64,000 bases of DNA from Chrysomallon squamiferum (lineage: Eukaryota; Animalia; Mollusca): NCBI GenBank assembly GCA_012295275.1, contig CM022671.1, forward strand, positions 18,724,001 to 18,788,000, in the 5' to 3' direction. Positions 28,420 to 42,518 of the stretch are shown one piece after another (position 1 is the first letter of the stretch; each line of letters opens with the position of its first letter). The translations under genes and the position numbers were made by a program. The notes beneath the pieces were generated by a model, which was given only the letters and a program-made list of their open reading frames with translations, did no database searches and was not told the DNA's origin.

Positions 28420-29281
28420 GGGTGGCCATTTTCGGTTTTAAATAACTAGTTTTCAAATAATGTTCAGTAAAGACATTCACAAATAAATAAAAACAGCCGA
28501 ACAAACCAAACAAGCAAAACAAGCCAAATCATAAATGATCATTATTAATTATCATCATTAACTATTAAATGACGCTATTGCATATCATGAAATCATGTTT
28601 TAATTCAAATAAATAATATCACAAACAGACTTTGGTAAGGAAACAACTCGTCGCCATTTTGTTTTATGCAAAAAGTGTAAGATTCTGGACAATAATACAA
28701 AATATGACGTCTTTTATTCAGATCCCATATAATTTAGAATTCATGAGCAAAGCCCTTTTTCGTTTGACAGCAACCACGTGTGAGCCACTGACCTTGTTTA
28801 ATGTTTTCGTCCGGGTAGTTTCTAAAGAACCAGGATGACAGAGAACCAGGATGGAGCGTGATTACAACGCGGAATGATATTTTGAAAGATTGATTCATGT
28901 CGCTCGTTTCCGGAAATTTAATTATAAGTTTTGATCTGGTCCAAAACGTTAATACTGTAATTATTTGATGTCGAAAGATATTAATTTTATTTAATTTAAA
29001 TATTATACACATATAAAATATGTTAGCGCCATGAAATTCAAAATTAAGTTGAAATATAAGGCCTACATACGCATAAATACAGACATATTTCAGAATATAT
29101 AATTATAATAATATATATTTTTTTAAAGGTTGAATCCATTAACTAATAACAACAACAATATTTTATAACTGTCATAGAATAAACAAATATTTTGAAGCAA
29201 AATATATTAACGCACTTATTTGTTGTGCGCTTCATTAGTTTCTGAAGCAAACTGTCTCGTGTTAAAAAGTAAATAGCGACC
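28420..29281. promoter_or_regulatory. Putative shared divergent promoter region of DMTF1 and SUCLG2
   Basis: Locally CpG-richer. YY1-type CGCCATTTT at 28652-28660 and GGCCATTTT at 28424-28432 read AAAATGGC on the DMTF1 strand; E-box CACGTG near 28775; ETS-like TTTCCGGAAA near 28907. The SUCLG2 ATG is at 29282, and the first DMTF1 coding exon has an upstream acceptor, implying a 5' UTR exon. The TSS is not shown directly. Confidence 0.45.
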
Positions 29282-32200
29282 ATGTTCCCCATTGCAAGAA
29301 GTCGTTGTGTTGATACAGTGCGACTTTTGCAGAAACAGGTGAAAATAATATATGGTTTGGAGCAAAGAATAATTAGGTTTTTTCTCCATTAATAATTACT
29401 TTACAAACTAAAGGTCGTGAATTATTATAATATATACTGAGAAACGTGTCATTCGGGAAGCACCTTAACTTGCGGCTTAAGTTGACCGATATTGTACTGA
29501 TTGAGTCGCTTCTGTGAAGTTCAATTAGATCATCAATGATCATGTAGATAAGTGTGGAACCAGTTAATGTGTAATCGACTTTCACTTTACCAGTACTAAG
29601 TATATCAATCCTAATTGTGACAGCAATTACTAAACAGAATTAAATTTTTCATCGGCTAAATAAAACATACTTACATGATCAGCATTTATGTCCAGTAGTT
29701 GGTTTTAACTAATTTGACTTTTAAGGATTATTCATTTATTGAAGTCGAGCAATTGAACCACATAGAATAGATAATCAGATATTGTTAATATTCTACCAGA
29801 TTTGACAGTTCTTGATGTTGTTAGTAAAACATTCTCGTTAAATGCCAGATTTAGTATAATACTAAGTCAGGTGACAAATTACATCAAAATTCTGTAAAAA
29901 CTAGAATGACAAATAACCTAATGAAGGATATGAACATGTAAACTCATGATAATCGAATGTAACTTGATTATTATTTCCAGAGCATGATGATAAATGATAA
30001 ATTTGTTAAATCATAGCCACATGTTTTGGATGTCACTAAGATCTGATTTAGTTTAAAATTTTGTTTGGCAGCTGTGATCATCTAATTAGCAAATAAATGT
30101 TTACCATGAAGATAGCTGATTCTCTTTGTTATATATTAATACATTTTATTTCACCTCGAGGTATGTTTATGTGCTGCACCAGTACGATGTCTGAACTTGC
30201 AAGAGTACCAGAGCAAACGCCTCATGGCAGAGAACAATATTGCTGTCCAGAAGTTCGAAGTTGCTTCTTCAGTAGCAGAAGTATCTTCTATTACTGAAAG
30301 ATTAAGTAAGTACCTTGCACTGCTGAGTAAGCCAAAGCAACAACATATTATTGTCAGAGTATACAAACTGTACAGTTACAATTATTATATTAAAAATAAT
30401 TGTGATAATTTTTCTTCTTGTTCACAACAAAGTATTTACTGAATCAATTAAACAGAAGTAATTATTAATTAATATATTTCCAGAGGTACCAGAATATGTT
30501 ATTAAAGCTCAAATTCTTGCTGGAGGTCGTGGAAAAGGTGTTTTTAGCAATGGTTTCAAGGGAGGTGTACATCTCACAAAAAAGTAAGTTATAATTGCAG
30601 ATACTTCAATTCAGGATAATCTGAAAATTGCATTAATGTTAAAGATACAGTGAAACTGTTTGCAAAAGCTGTATTAGTAAATGTTTTTTCAATTATTAAA
30701 ATATTGCTGTTGAAAATAGTTATGTTTAAATTAATTTTAAACAATTAAAGTAATGTATTAAGTAATATTTTACTGTAACATGAAGTAGCATTCATGTTGT
30801 CAAAACATTTTATTGTTAGACCTAATGACGTGTCAAAGTTGGTGGAGAATATGCTGGGACACAGGTTAATCACAAAACAAACAAGTGAAGATGGAGTCAA
30901 AGTGAACCAAGTAAATGTTTCTATTTCAGATTAATTTTTAAACATTTTAGTTTTTGTGTGTGGGACTGCATTTGTATGTACATGTGCATGACAAACACAG
31001 CTACCATTCCATCCAGTCAAAATATATTTGGTTATTTCCAAATCTGTTTTCTGTGTTATTTTGTTTGATTTGATGATAAACAGTGCAGGTATTTCTGAAA
31101 GCTATACTTTTTAATGAGCACTGCATTTTTTAATTCTGCTTTTTGTGAGAGTTGCTGTAACTCAGCAGGGTTACAGATCAGCTTGATATATGCTTTCCTT
31201 TCTTTAGAGAATCTGTGTTAACATAAATATTCTATCTCATAATAAAGATAATTCCATAGCCAGGCAAAGGCTGATTTTTTAAATCATCATCATTAAAAAA
31301 TCCCTACCATGTAATAGTAACATATGTTGAGGTGTAGCTAAATACTGTTTTGGTTTTACAATTTATGGATTTGTTTCACAGGATAAAAAATGTTGTTATT
31401 TTACAGGTAATGGTGGCTGAAGCTTTAGATATTGCTAGGGAAACATATTTTGCTATTCTTATGGACCAGAACTATGACGGCCCTGTAATGGTGGGAAGTA
31501 CAGAAGGAGGGATGGATATAGAGGAAGTTGCTAGTAAAACTCCAGAAGCTATTTTCTATGTAGGTTTTACTGTACTGAAGTTTTAAAAAATCAGAAAATT
31601 GTAGTTTTTTAAAATTCTAATTTAGAGGCAATTGTTATGAAAAAGTTTATTTATTTATCTATTTTATAACACATTTGTCATGTTGTTATGCAACTACTGA
31701 TAAATAGCAATGTTTCAGTGACCTTTAGTCATGCAGTGATTGGGAAAAAAATCAAATTATTTTTACAATGAAGGAACATTTTTCAGTTTTGTTTATTTTT
31801 TTATTCATGATGGAGAAGCTTGTTGCCACATTCAGTTAAAATAGTGGATTTTAAATAATATCCTAATTTTTGCTTTTAAAATGTTAAAGGATCCTATTGA
31901 CATAATAAAGGGGATGACAGATGCTCAAGCAAATAAGATGGCTTCTAATCTTGGTTTCAAGGGCAACCTACAGCAAAAGGTACGATAACTAAATAATTCA
32001 ATGTTTAATTAGTATGATGTTATATATGTAAACAAGCCAGATATATATTAATTATTATGGTTGTTGTTTTAAAAATGAAAAAATAATAATTTAGAGTTAA
32101 AAAAAAAAAAAAAAAAAACATATTGTGGGGCAGCAGTGCAGAATTGTTAATAAAATTCCTTTAAAATTATATTTCACTTGCTTTAAGAAATCAGTTATAA

Positions 32201-35200
32201 TTTAATTTTTAAAAAACTGAGAGTTAAATCTGTTTAACTCAGTGGTTCTCAAAGGGTGCACCTGGAGACATGATAAAGTGTGCCCCATGAAATTCTAGGA
32301 TCTTGGTAGATATTTGTCATGGTAAAAAATTGATTTATAGTACATTATTTCCACACTTCAGCATTAAAATGTTCTTTACAGCAAATTGTTATTATTATGT
32401 TATATTAAGAGGAAAGATATCCAGTAAGAAATAGCCGGTTCCCTGGAAGGAGATTTTATGTACAAACTCATTTGAAACAAGTTTTGGCTGATGAGCAAGT
32501 GCGGCTGCTCAAGGCCACACAGTAGTTTATTGGTGACATTAAGAGTGATTCAGTGTGCAAGTGTAATAAATACCCAAAGTTTTCTTGTCACACATATTCC
32601 TATCACTGTCACAGTCACTACCCATCTAAAACTAATACTTTCTGGAATTTTAGCCTATTGTAATGTTACATTTGTTAAAAACAAAAGATTGATAACAGTT
32701 TTCCCTCACTGAACAATGCACACCATTAAAAATATAGCCTTTGGTCAGTTTTTTTTACATTTTAACTCCAGTGCTTTGTATTTCGTATTAAATTTTTTTT
32801 TTAAAGAAATTGCCAAGTAACATCAGGCTCATACTTCTCATCAGCACAAAATAAATGATGAATAAAGGTATATACCCTTCTTTCAGTTATTTCTGTATTT
32901 TTTAACATTTTGCATTATATTTCTTAGCATTTTGTGTGTAGTTTGCCAGCAATTTTTCAAAACGTTTGAGAACCACTGGTTTAACTGCTCTTAAGTGTTA
33001 CATTAAGAAAACAGTTTGGATAATTATTTTTTTTTATATATATTTAATCCTAGTTAATATTAGTATTATATAATGTACAGTAAATTATGTTTTAAAAAAT
33101 TAAATTCAGGCTGCCACACAGTTGCAGAATCTGTACCAGTTGTTTCTAAAGGTTGATGCAACTCAGATTGAAATAAACCCTTTTGGAGAGACACCAGATG
33201 GACGAGGTATGTGTGTCCATCTTTCTAATGGTATTGCATTCAAATTCTATAATCAGTGGTGTTGGTCTTTTTTGGAATGTATTGTTTGTAATTAGGTCTG
33301 AACATCTCAGACATTTTTCATTCTAAATTAATCAAATTTTATATTAATCAAATTTTATATAAATAAATTTTCTTTCATATAAAAAATCTTCACAGTTTGA
33401 ATTCTTATGAAATCGGACCTTTTAGTGAATATTCTTGAAATTTATGTTGGAACTATTTTTGTTATATGAGTATCCATTAAATACACTGCAGACAGGGTAG
33501 TTTCTTATTCATGTATTTTTTTCCAGTTGTTTGTTTTGATGCAAAAATAAACTTTGATGACAATGCAGCATTTCGACAGCAGGAAGTTTTTGCAATGGAA
33601 GACACAACAGAAAGTGATCCACGTGAAGTAGAGGCATCTAAACACCATCTCAATTACATAGGCATGAATGGCAACATTGCTTGCTTAGGTAAAGCTTAGT
33701 CCTTTGTTTATAAGAGGTCTAAATCTTTTGCACAAAATTATTCTCAAGGCTTCATTCATTTAAAAAATATTAAAATTTGTTTTCTTTAAATTGTAAGTAC
33801 AAATCCAAGTTTATGTCCTTTATAACTTCAAATGCATATATCATATAATCAAAAAAATAAAATCATTAAAAAAATTACTTTATTATGCTTTTAATTCTAT
33901 ATGCAGTTAATGGATAATTAACAAAAATATGCAAAAGAAAATATATGCTGAAACTAACTGGTAAGTGAAATACAGATTTACACCTAACAGTCTGTGATAT
34001 TTGATAATTTATGTTATATTTATTGGCTTCACATAATCCAGCTCATTTTTAACCCAGCATCTTTGTAGAAATACTTATAATATTATCAGGTTTCTTCGGC
34101 ACTGTCAAACTATTTTATATTTAAAATATTTATCTTTGATTACATCGTGTAACATTTTCATAATTTAATCTAGTTAACGGAGCAGGTCTTGCTATGGCAA
34201 CCATGGACATCATCAAATTACATGGAGGTTCTCCTGCTAACTTCCTGGATGTTGGTGGCAATGTTAATGAGCAGCAGGTCACTCAGGCTTTCAAATTACT
34301 TACATCTGATAAGCAGGTAAATCTTGACATGCAATATCTGGAAAGCTGCATAAATGGCTTTATTATATTCATATCTGAAAACAGTGTACAAATATTTTTA
34401 GCAGATTTCTTTGATGTAGATGTTCAGTTTATGGATGGTATTAATTTTGAAAGCAATAAAACTATGTAAGCAATAAACATATTAAAATGTACAAAAATGA
34501 AATACATTGTTCCGTTTTCCTTTTCTGTATTAAAAACCTTAAGTTCATTTGGTTACAAATATATATGTATATCATGTCAGTGCCACTTTTCTGTAGATAG
34601 ATTTCTTCTGCATCAGAAAAATATGTTACCAATTTGCTAATAATGCAGTGTCATCACATCTACAAAGGGTAAAACTGCAGTATTTGTGGATTTAGTAACA
34701 ATATTATTTTATTGTCATAGTTTGTTATTAATGATGATAGATTGCATAAAGATATTAAATAATTACTTGAAAGTGTAAAGAAATTATCTGTCACATGTAC
34801 ATTTAATTCTTTTTAATGTGTTTTATAATTTAACTGATAATTATCTCAATAACAAATTTCTTTGGAATAGATATTGCTTTGATAATGCTAAGAAAGAGTA
34901 AACTTGCTGCTACGGAATGTTATAAGATGTGATTATTCATTTTCAGGTTAAAGCAATTCTTGTTAATATATTTGGAGGGATTGTGAACTGTGCAACAATA
35001 GCCAATGGTATCGTCAAGGCTTGCAAGACCATCAACCTTGATATCCCTTTGGTTGTAAGACTTGAAGGTTAGTTATATGCAAGGGTTAACTGTGAGACAG
35101 CCTGTATATAAATATTATCTATTATAATGTAATGTAGCATCTTGCATTTGAGAACAGAGTATCAGATCTGATATTTATAATATGACCTAATGATGCCTGA

Positions 35201-35702
35201 ATTTTAACAGATTGTCTGTCTTTTATCAACAGTTTTCAAGAACACGAAGACACACACACACACACACACTGAAAAACAAGCCTCTAGAGAAACAGTTTTT
35301 GTAATTTTCAAATTTTTAATTACTGCTTATCAACCAGTATCTTTAATAATATTTTCAAATTTTATAAAATAATACACAGATAAAAAAGAATAATGATAAT
35401 AATTTAACAAAAAAATAAAATAAAACAATTAAGAAGAAAGAAAGGATTCATTAAAAATGAACACATTTTTTTAAAATTTTAATTAGTTTTATGACACTGA
35501 GTTTTACTTCCTCAGTCTTTTAAAGTCACTGCAAAACAATAATATAAACCTGTGCAAATTTATTTGCTAATTTGATTTATTCTTTACTGCAGGAACAAAC
35601 GTGGATGAAGCCAAAGATATTTTACGTAACAGCACTTTGTCTATAATGTCTGCTTCTGACCTAGACGATGCTGCGTCCAAAGCTGTGTCAAGTCTTGCAT
35701 GA
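29282..35702 (+). CDS. SUCLG2: Succinate--CoA ligase [GDP-forming] subunit beta, mitochondrial (422 aa, 11 exons)
   Basis: Exons 29282-29338, 30161-30305, 30484-30583, 30820-30910, 31407-31559, 31890-31979, 33110-33206, 33527-33688, 34174-34316, 34947-35067, 35593-35702; 1269 nt in frame. Motifs [94 protein letters not shown] are SUCLG2-type rather than SUCLA2-type. Arg-rich presequence-like N-terminus. Confidence 0.96.
32240..32978. mobile_element. Non-autonomous hAT (Charlie/MER5-like) DNA transposon in SUCLG2 intron 6
   Basis: 14-bp perfect TIRs CAGTGGTTCTCAAA (32240-32253) and TTTGAGAACCACTG (32965-32978); perfect 8-bp TSD GTTTAACT at 32232-32239 and 32979-32986. Confidence 0.92.
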
Positions 35703-38559
35703 CGTAGACAGACAATTAGGACTTTGTGATTTATCTCTACAGAAACATGTAACATGCAAATTATTCTGCCGTGATACATTTCATTAATGTGATTTACGAA
35801 TTATGGGTAAAGTGTATAACTGTATACGTAATAAAAAAAAATCAGTTTAAACATATAATTTTTTTTTTTTTTTTTTTTTTTAATGACTACTTTAAAAATT
35901 GCTAAATTAAAAAGTTAAAACGAAAATGGTGCCTTTCCAGTACAGATTTTAACAGTTTATAAACAGTGAAGATTATAAATTATATTTATTTTTTTAAAGG
36001 AGTCCAGTTATATTTCAAAGCTTTTTCAAAACATTATTCCTTTTCTGGCATGTTGATTGACATGATTGACTTTCTTTAATTGGGGAAAAGTTTGAAATGT
36101 CTCTTTGTTTTACTCTGTTCTTTTTCTTATAATGTTTATAAGTGAAAATTGTAGAAAAATAATAAATCAGTGTATTTCTACAAAAAAATCATGTATGTAA
36201 TTTCAGTGATTCTTAGATATGATCTTTCTAAATGAAATAAATGAGTATTGTGAAAAAAATAACATTTTTAAACAATTTTAAATTTTACTCTTATTTTTTT
36301 ATTTTTTATTTATTTATTATTTTTATTTCGTTTTAATTTCTTTCTCACAAAATGAAAAAACTAAATGACATCTTTTAAAAATACCACTCTACATTCCTGG
36401 ATACATATCCAGAGTCTGTCATAAATCTGAATGTCAGAAGGGTTTCATAGTCCAGGATACCTTTTTCTTTGTTGTTTTCTACTTTTTCTAAAGAAGTGAA
36501 AGAACTAAAATGTAAGGATTTCCAAAGTTTCAGATATGATATTTAAGGTATTTCATTTTTTAAAGATTTTGTTACTGTATCATTTGATATCAGTTCTTAC
36601 TTGAACTGAGAATGTTGATAATGAAAACAATACTTACTAACATTTCTATGATGGCTGGATAGACAAAATACTCAGGTTCTTATGTATGCATTTTACATTA
36701 AATTAAACAAAATGTTCCAATAATATGATATTCAGCTTCTTTTCTCTTTAAATGTCTCTGGGCATTTTTTTTATATTAGATTTATTACATTTGCTAATCA
36801 CATCTCAAATTGATTATGATGACAGATAACTATTAAAAATATATGGAGTGTTGATATACTTTATTTAATTTTGATGTATCTATATTGATGATGATGTTAA
36901 TAAACAGTAAGTAACTAATATTTTTGCCTTATTTAATGAAATCCTAAATTAATATCACATCAGATACTAAGTTGCTCAGTTCTAAAAATCGGAATTGCAT
37001 GAATACCCTATTTTTATAGATCATTTATTCAAAATATTATTTAAGTCAGTACAGCTCTGACTGGTTATTGATGATAAAATAATGCTGATCTTGAACCTTC
37101 AGCTGTAAATGATTTCTTGTTTTGTAAGCATAATAGACACTAAGAACAAACTTTATATTATCTATTGATTAAATGTTTATTACAAAATATAAGCTTAATT
37201 AAAAATAATAATAATAATAGCAAATAATTTATTGCACACATTTTCCCAAACTGTTTTATCTATTTGTGCATAAAATTGACTATTAGGGCGTGTATCTTTC
37301 ATTAGAGAAATGAAATTGGAGAAAACAGTTTAATGTTAGTTGATAAAAATTGTTTCATTGAGTTGACAAAACTTTCACAAGTCTGGAGACACTGAAAATT
37401 CATAAACAGCTGATAGAGAAAAATAGTGAGTGACATTATTCAGGTACCTGTACCTTTCAAGATAAACCTTTATCTACAAACTTTCAGGATAAATTTGCTT
37501 CAGTAATGGAAATGGAAAAAAAATTAACGTCCTAAACATTACTGCATAGGTATGTAATTGTAGTTTTGTTTTCATAGCTTTTTCTTTTTAGTGACGTTTG
37601 TTAACAATTTCAAAGCATGAAAACATTGATAATGGTCATAATTAAAAGGAAATATTAAAATGAAATTAATAAATATTATATTCTCAAAAGTGCTGTGATA
37701 AGTTTTCTGCATAATGCAAATTTCCTATTTTCACAGTATAAATTTTTTGTCTGTTTTGTTTTCAGATAAGAGGGGTGTCAGGACCACTGACATATCTACT
37801 GTCAGAATAGAGTCTTATCACAGGTGATGGATCATCAGTTTCTTGTCAATCAGTTACAGCCAGGAACAAATGTTTCTTTTGACATAGTTCTTAAAGCCAC
37901 TAGACCAGTTAGGGAAACACTTAGTACCAGATTTACAACACTCTGTCAGATAATCACCAGCATGTAATTGTGTTGGAACAGCAGTTTGAATAAATGTAAT
38001 CTATAATAACTTGAGCAAGCCTTTGTATTATAAATACACACACAAAGTAACTCATGCATACATACATATACAGAGACAAACAGAAAGAAGAAGAACAATA
38101 TTAAATCAAATAATGGACACATTTTTATGGTGAACTTTGAACTCTTGTTTCAGGAGGAGGTGGCCCATCAGGATCAGTGACTTCATATAGTGTGACATTC
38201 CTGTTTTCCTGTTTTTTTTTCAGATGTGACTGTGTCAAAACCAGTGATCAAGAGTTGTGCACTGGCTTATCTTCCAATCCCAGGATGTACACTGGCTCTG
38301 AATAATCTTGTTTCATCTCTTCTTTCGGAGGAGCTTTGCTTTCAGTATTAGATATAGCCATGGCTTGTGTTATTGGTGTTATGTATTCAGATTATAGCTT
38401 TTTCACGCTACAGTTAGTAATTGTTATTCTGTTATATTTAGTCATTACACCTGGTCTCCACAACGTTATGATAAATGTTACACGGTTCAGTTAATAATTG
38501 TTGTGTTAATACATACGACTATTATACTAAGGTAATATGACACTAATATAATTCTCACC

Positions 38560-39030
38560 ATGGAAAAGTTTCCCTAACTGGATATATATACTTAAAGTTT
38601 ATAAACTGGTCCCAGGAGATAAATAGTGAAATAAAACAATGTGATTACTCCATAAATAGAGTAATTCCATATTCGCTGTATCATCTAAAATGTAATTACT
38701 CTGAGATTTCCAAGAAAGTTATTGTCAGATTGTTTATATTATTATAATTGGATATATCTACATTTTTGTCTAAAATTAAATTCCAGTCTCCACTTGTTAT
38801 ATATTCCCATTTTTTTAAGACTGTATTGATTTGTTTAAAGAAATGCTGGTTATTTAATGATATATTAGTTGCTAATAAATTGCCATCAAGGCTATTCACT
38901 TGATTCTGCACTGTAAATAAAATTATGTTTTGGTGTCGTTACAAAAACAAATAATAATAATAAGACCACACCCTCGAATTACTTCTAAATGAACTGAAAT
39001 AACAATCATCTATGCCCAACTAATATCTGA
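38560..39030 (-). mobile_element. Degraded L1/Tx1-like LINE apurinic-endonuclease fragment
   Basis: Minus-strand translation gives CYFSSFRSNSR (like SSxxSNSRGVAIL) and ITSGDWNLILDKNVD (GDFN motif), interrupted by stops and frameshifts. Confidence 0.65.
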
Positions 39031-40712
39031 AAAGAAAAGAAAGCAGAGAGATTGGTTTCATCGCTAAACCTCATAGAGAACAGTCTATAACACTAAATAG
39101 CTTGTACAGAAAATCAGCAATTTTATTGGTAACTAAAGTTTTACGTAACAGGCTGTTGTGAGGTAACGAAAATTCTGAAATGTAGATGTTTTCTTTCATT
39201 AATTTGTATTTATACTTTTCACTGTATAAGAAATAAAACTGGTTCTGTAATAGCCAATACTGTTAAGTAAACGTTCATAAATTTAATATGTTTAGACTTC
39301 TGTATTTGTTCCGAGACCAGTTCTTTTATTACGTTGCATAAATAAACCTTTGTTCAGATCATAAGGTACAATATCGATTCTGTGAAATTTGATATGGAGT
39401 GCATTTCTAGTGAACTTAAGATATCAAATTTTGTATCCTTTTTTTTTTTTTCACTTAAATATTGTTTAAAAAATAAATATAACTTCTTTAAAATTAAAAT
39501 GAAAAGGATATATATATTTGGAGTGTTCCCACTTCTCATAAATTTGTTTACTGCTAACAGTGTATATTACTACATAATGTATAAAAAAAAGTAAGAACAC
39601 AATAATTTATATAAATGAAGTATGTAGGTATATTAGAATTACTGACGGTAGTAAAATAGTAATAGTTTCGTTTCATTTATAACTAAAGAACAAATGATAT
39701 ATACATTATCTAAAACGAGGACGCGTCTTTTTCAGGACATAAATTTTGGGGAAAATAATCATTTTATTAACTAGTTTACAGGCACGAAACAGAAAGAGAC
39801 ATGTCATTTAGTTGTTCTGTAATTATTCAACTCATCTATATCATTAACGGAAATTGTAAATATTTAATGCATATGAACTCATTAATTTTGTAATTCAAAG
39901 TCATATATAAATGTTTAAAATTTAATCATTCTGTGTCCGAGTCAGTTCCTGATGCTTCTCCGAGGAATTTACGAGGATCTACCTTTTTTTTTTCACAAAA
40001 AAACGCGTGTCATTTATCTATGTCGACATGTTCTTGTGGTTTTCACTTACACCGACGATACCTTATCCTTTTAGCTTTTACCTGTTATAAAGAACTTTTT
40101 TTTTTTTAATGATACGGGATATTAAACAGTGATTGGTCCTTTTTTTTTTTTTTTTTTATAATGAGAAGGATTATTGTGTTTTTGAATTTTGAAATAAATC
40201 ATCATGGTTTTTCTTATTAACAAACTCTTCAGCTTATTTCAAATTGAAACGTGGCTAAGTATAAAAATAATTGTATCGTCTTGAAAACAGACTAAAGACT
40301 GCTCTATACACAACAGTGTATTTACAATAACAGTTTTAAATTGGTTCTAGTTACTTCTTTTACTCAAACTCGCTCTTTCTACTGCATATTGAACAATGAA
40401 TTTTAGGTTCATGAAATATTATTAACAAATTCTTTGTGAATTACGCACTTAAATATGTTACTCATTCACCCATATATTTTTTATTTAATATAACATATCA
40501 CTGTGCTTCAGCTACACTGATGTAAATTCACAGAAAATAATAAGGCAAACTGGACTGTCTCAATATTTTATGTGCAACTATCATCTAAATCCTGTATGAA
40601 AAATAATAAAATTTTAACACTTTCATATGTTGTTGTTATTATGTTCGTCAGAACCGAGTATTTCCATACTATAAAATGATTCTTTTTATTTTTTACAAAC
40701 TAAAAAAAAAAA

Positions 40713-40749
<37 letters not shown>

Positions 40750-41052
40750 GTTATAGTTTTGAACTTTATATTATAGACTTTGATGAAGACCATCCGCCGG
40801 TTAAATTTGCTTCCTGAATGTGCATCTCAGGGTGATGTATTGATTGATGTTGTATGTAGGTAAGAGTCATGTCCAATCCTGTCTCATCCATGACTATGGA
40901 CCTAATATGTAATCGTGTGACGGTTTTTGCTATGCAGCAAGGATTGCAGTTATTGGCAAGTTCTGGTATATTGTATATTGTAAGTTCAAGATAGCACCTT
41001 ATATACATTAGGTTTTACGTAACTGGTTCTGAATTGGGAACATTAGTAGTGT

Positions 41053-41055
<3 letters not shown>

Positions 41056-41115
<60 letters not shown>

Positions 41116-41122
41116 GTATGTA

Positions 41123-41177
<55 letters not shown>
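41056..41177. repeat. Compound (TA)n(TATG)n(TG)n microsatellite
   Basis: Direct reading. Confidence 0.95.
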
Positions 41178-41760
41178 TGAATGGTAAAACCGCTTCAGAG
41201 TACTTGGACAAGTTTGGTGAATATAATCTCTATCCAGATCCGGAAATTTTGGTCTCAGACTTCGTAAAAGTTGTTATTCAAACTGTTTTATCTGTGATGG
41301 CGGTACATTTTAGAACATAGGAAAATTTCTACCACTTGTGCCAGAGTACCTGCAGAAAGAGGCAGGATCTTTGACTAATTAAACTGAAAACTGATGTCAA
41401 GATAATATGTTGTCTGGCCTTTCTTCCTCAGGACAAACTGAAGAATGGTATGGCTTTTCTCTGTATCAGTGTCCTGATACTGAAAATCTGGAGGAACTGT
41501 TGAATTATTTTGACCAGACCAATGTGAGCAAGACATTCCATTCAATTCAGCGACATGTTGAAGCTATGATATCAACATCCAGACAGTTGTCTCCATCCTC
41601 ATCCTTCCACATAGCAAGAGGGTGAAGAAATCCACTGAGAAGATGTAAAGCAGATGGAAGGAGAAGAATGGAAGCCTTTCTTCAAAATAAGTCGAACAAT
41701 ATTCGATTATGCTGACCTATAGTGCTCTTGTGCTGACATTTCTGTGCCTGAAGCGTAGTT
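41178..41760 (+). mobile_element. Degraded Mutator-like (MULE) transposase remnant
   Basis: Fragments YPDPEILVSDF (like the xDFE motif), FYHLCQSTCRKRQDL (like GCFYHLxQSxWRKIQxLGL), MLSGL/FLPQDKLKNGMAFL and LEELLNYFDQTNVS (like LLxYFDxTYVSG); stops and frameshifts present. Confidence 0.72.
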
Positions 41761-42189
41761 TTGGTCTTGGCAATTGCTGTTGTTGTTAATTCTGTTGTTG
41801 TTGTTGTCGTTGTTTAATAAACATTCATTGAAAACTTCACATTATGTTTGTTGTTTGGTTTTTATGTCTGTTTTGAACAGGAATGGTTTTAACGTTTCAA
41901 CAGTATTTATCAGTGTATATTTTTCTTGTAAATATATTTATGCCATTGCTTTCCAGCAGAAAATGTTTGGAACAGTAGCATTTTTTGATTATTTATTTAT
42001 TATGATCATCACCATTATTGTTATTATTATTATTTTATGTACTGAATCCAGCAAACAAATGGAACGATATCAGTTATCTTATTTTTACTGAATTGTATTA
42101 ATAGGGTAGAATGTAGGTATTTGACTTACGTGTTATTATTACATTAATTTTAAACTTATTATTATAGATCTGTTATAGTGATATATATA

Positions 42190-42477
42190 GTTATATATAT
42201 TAGTCATGAAAAGTAAATATAATGTATGAGTGACGCACCTCATTTGTATGACCTAGATAGCCCACCAGCATGACAAATCACAGGATAGTCTAATATCTGT
42301 GTTAATGGACAGTCCGGGTGCATTACAATTATCTAAACAGGATCAAACATTTTTCAAATATTCTAAAAGGCAAACAATTTTCTTATTTCTTTATCGTTTT
42401 ATTTTTTTAAGGTTATGTCCTACATTTTTTTAGTCAAATAAAAGCGTCTCACAAAAATTGTGCCGTAAGCTAATTAA

Positions 42478-42518
<41 letters not shown>

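Noticed and set aside
29282-35702. SUCLA2 (ADP-forming) assignment
   Set aside because: [24 protein letters not shown] and [10 protein letters not shown] match SUCLG2, not the SUCLA2 motifs LSLHEY and GGIMRC.
38248-38361. Short minus-strand ORF MAISNTESKAPPKEEMKQDY...
   Set aside because: 37 aa, no recognisable motif or splice partners; probably a transposon remnant or chance.
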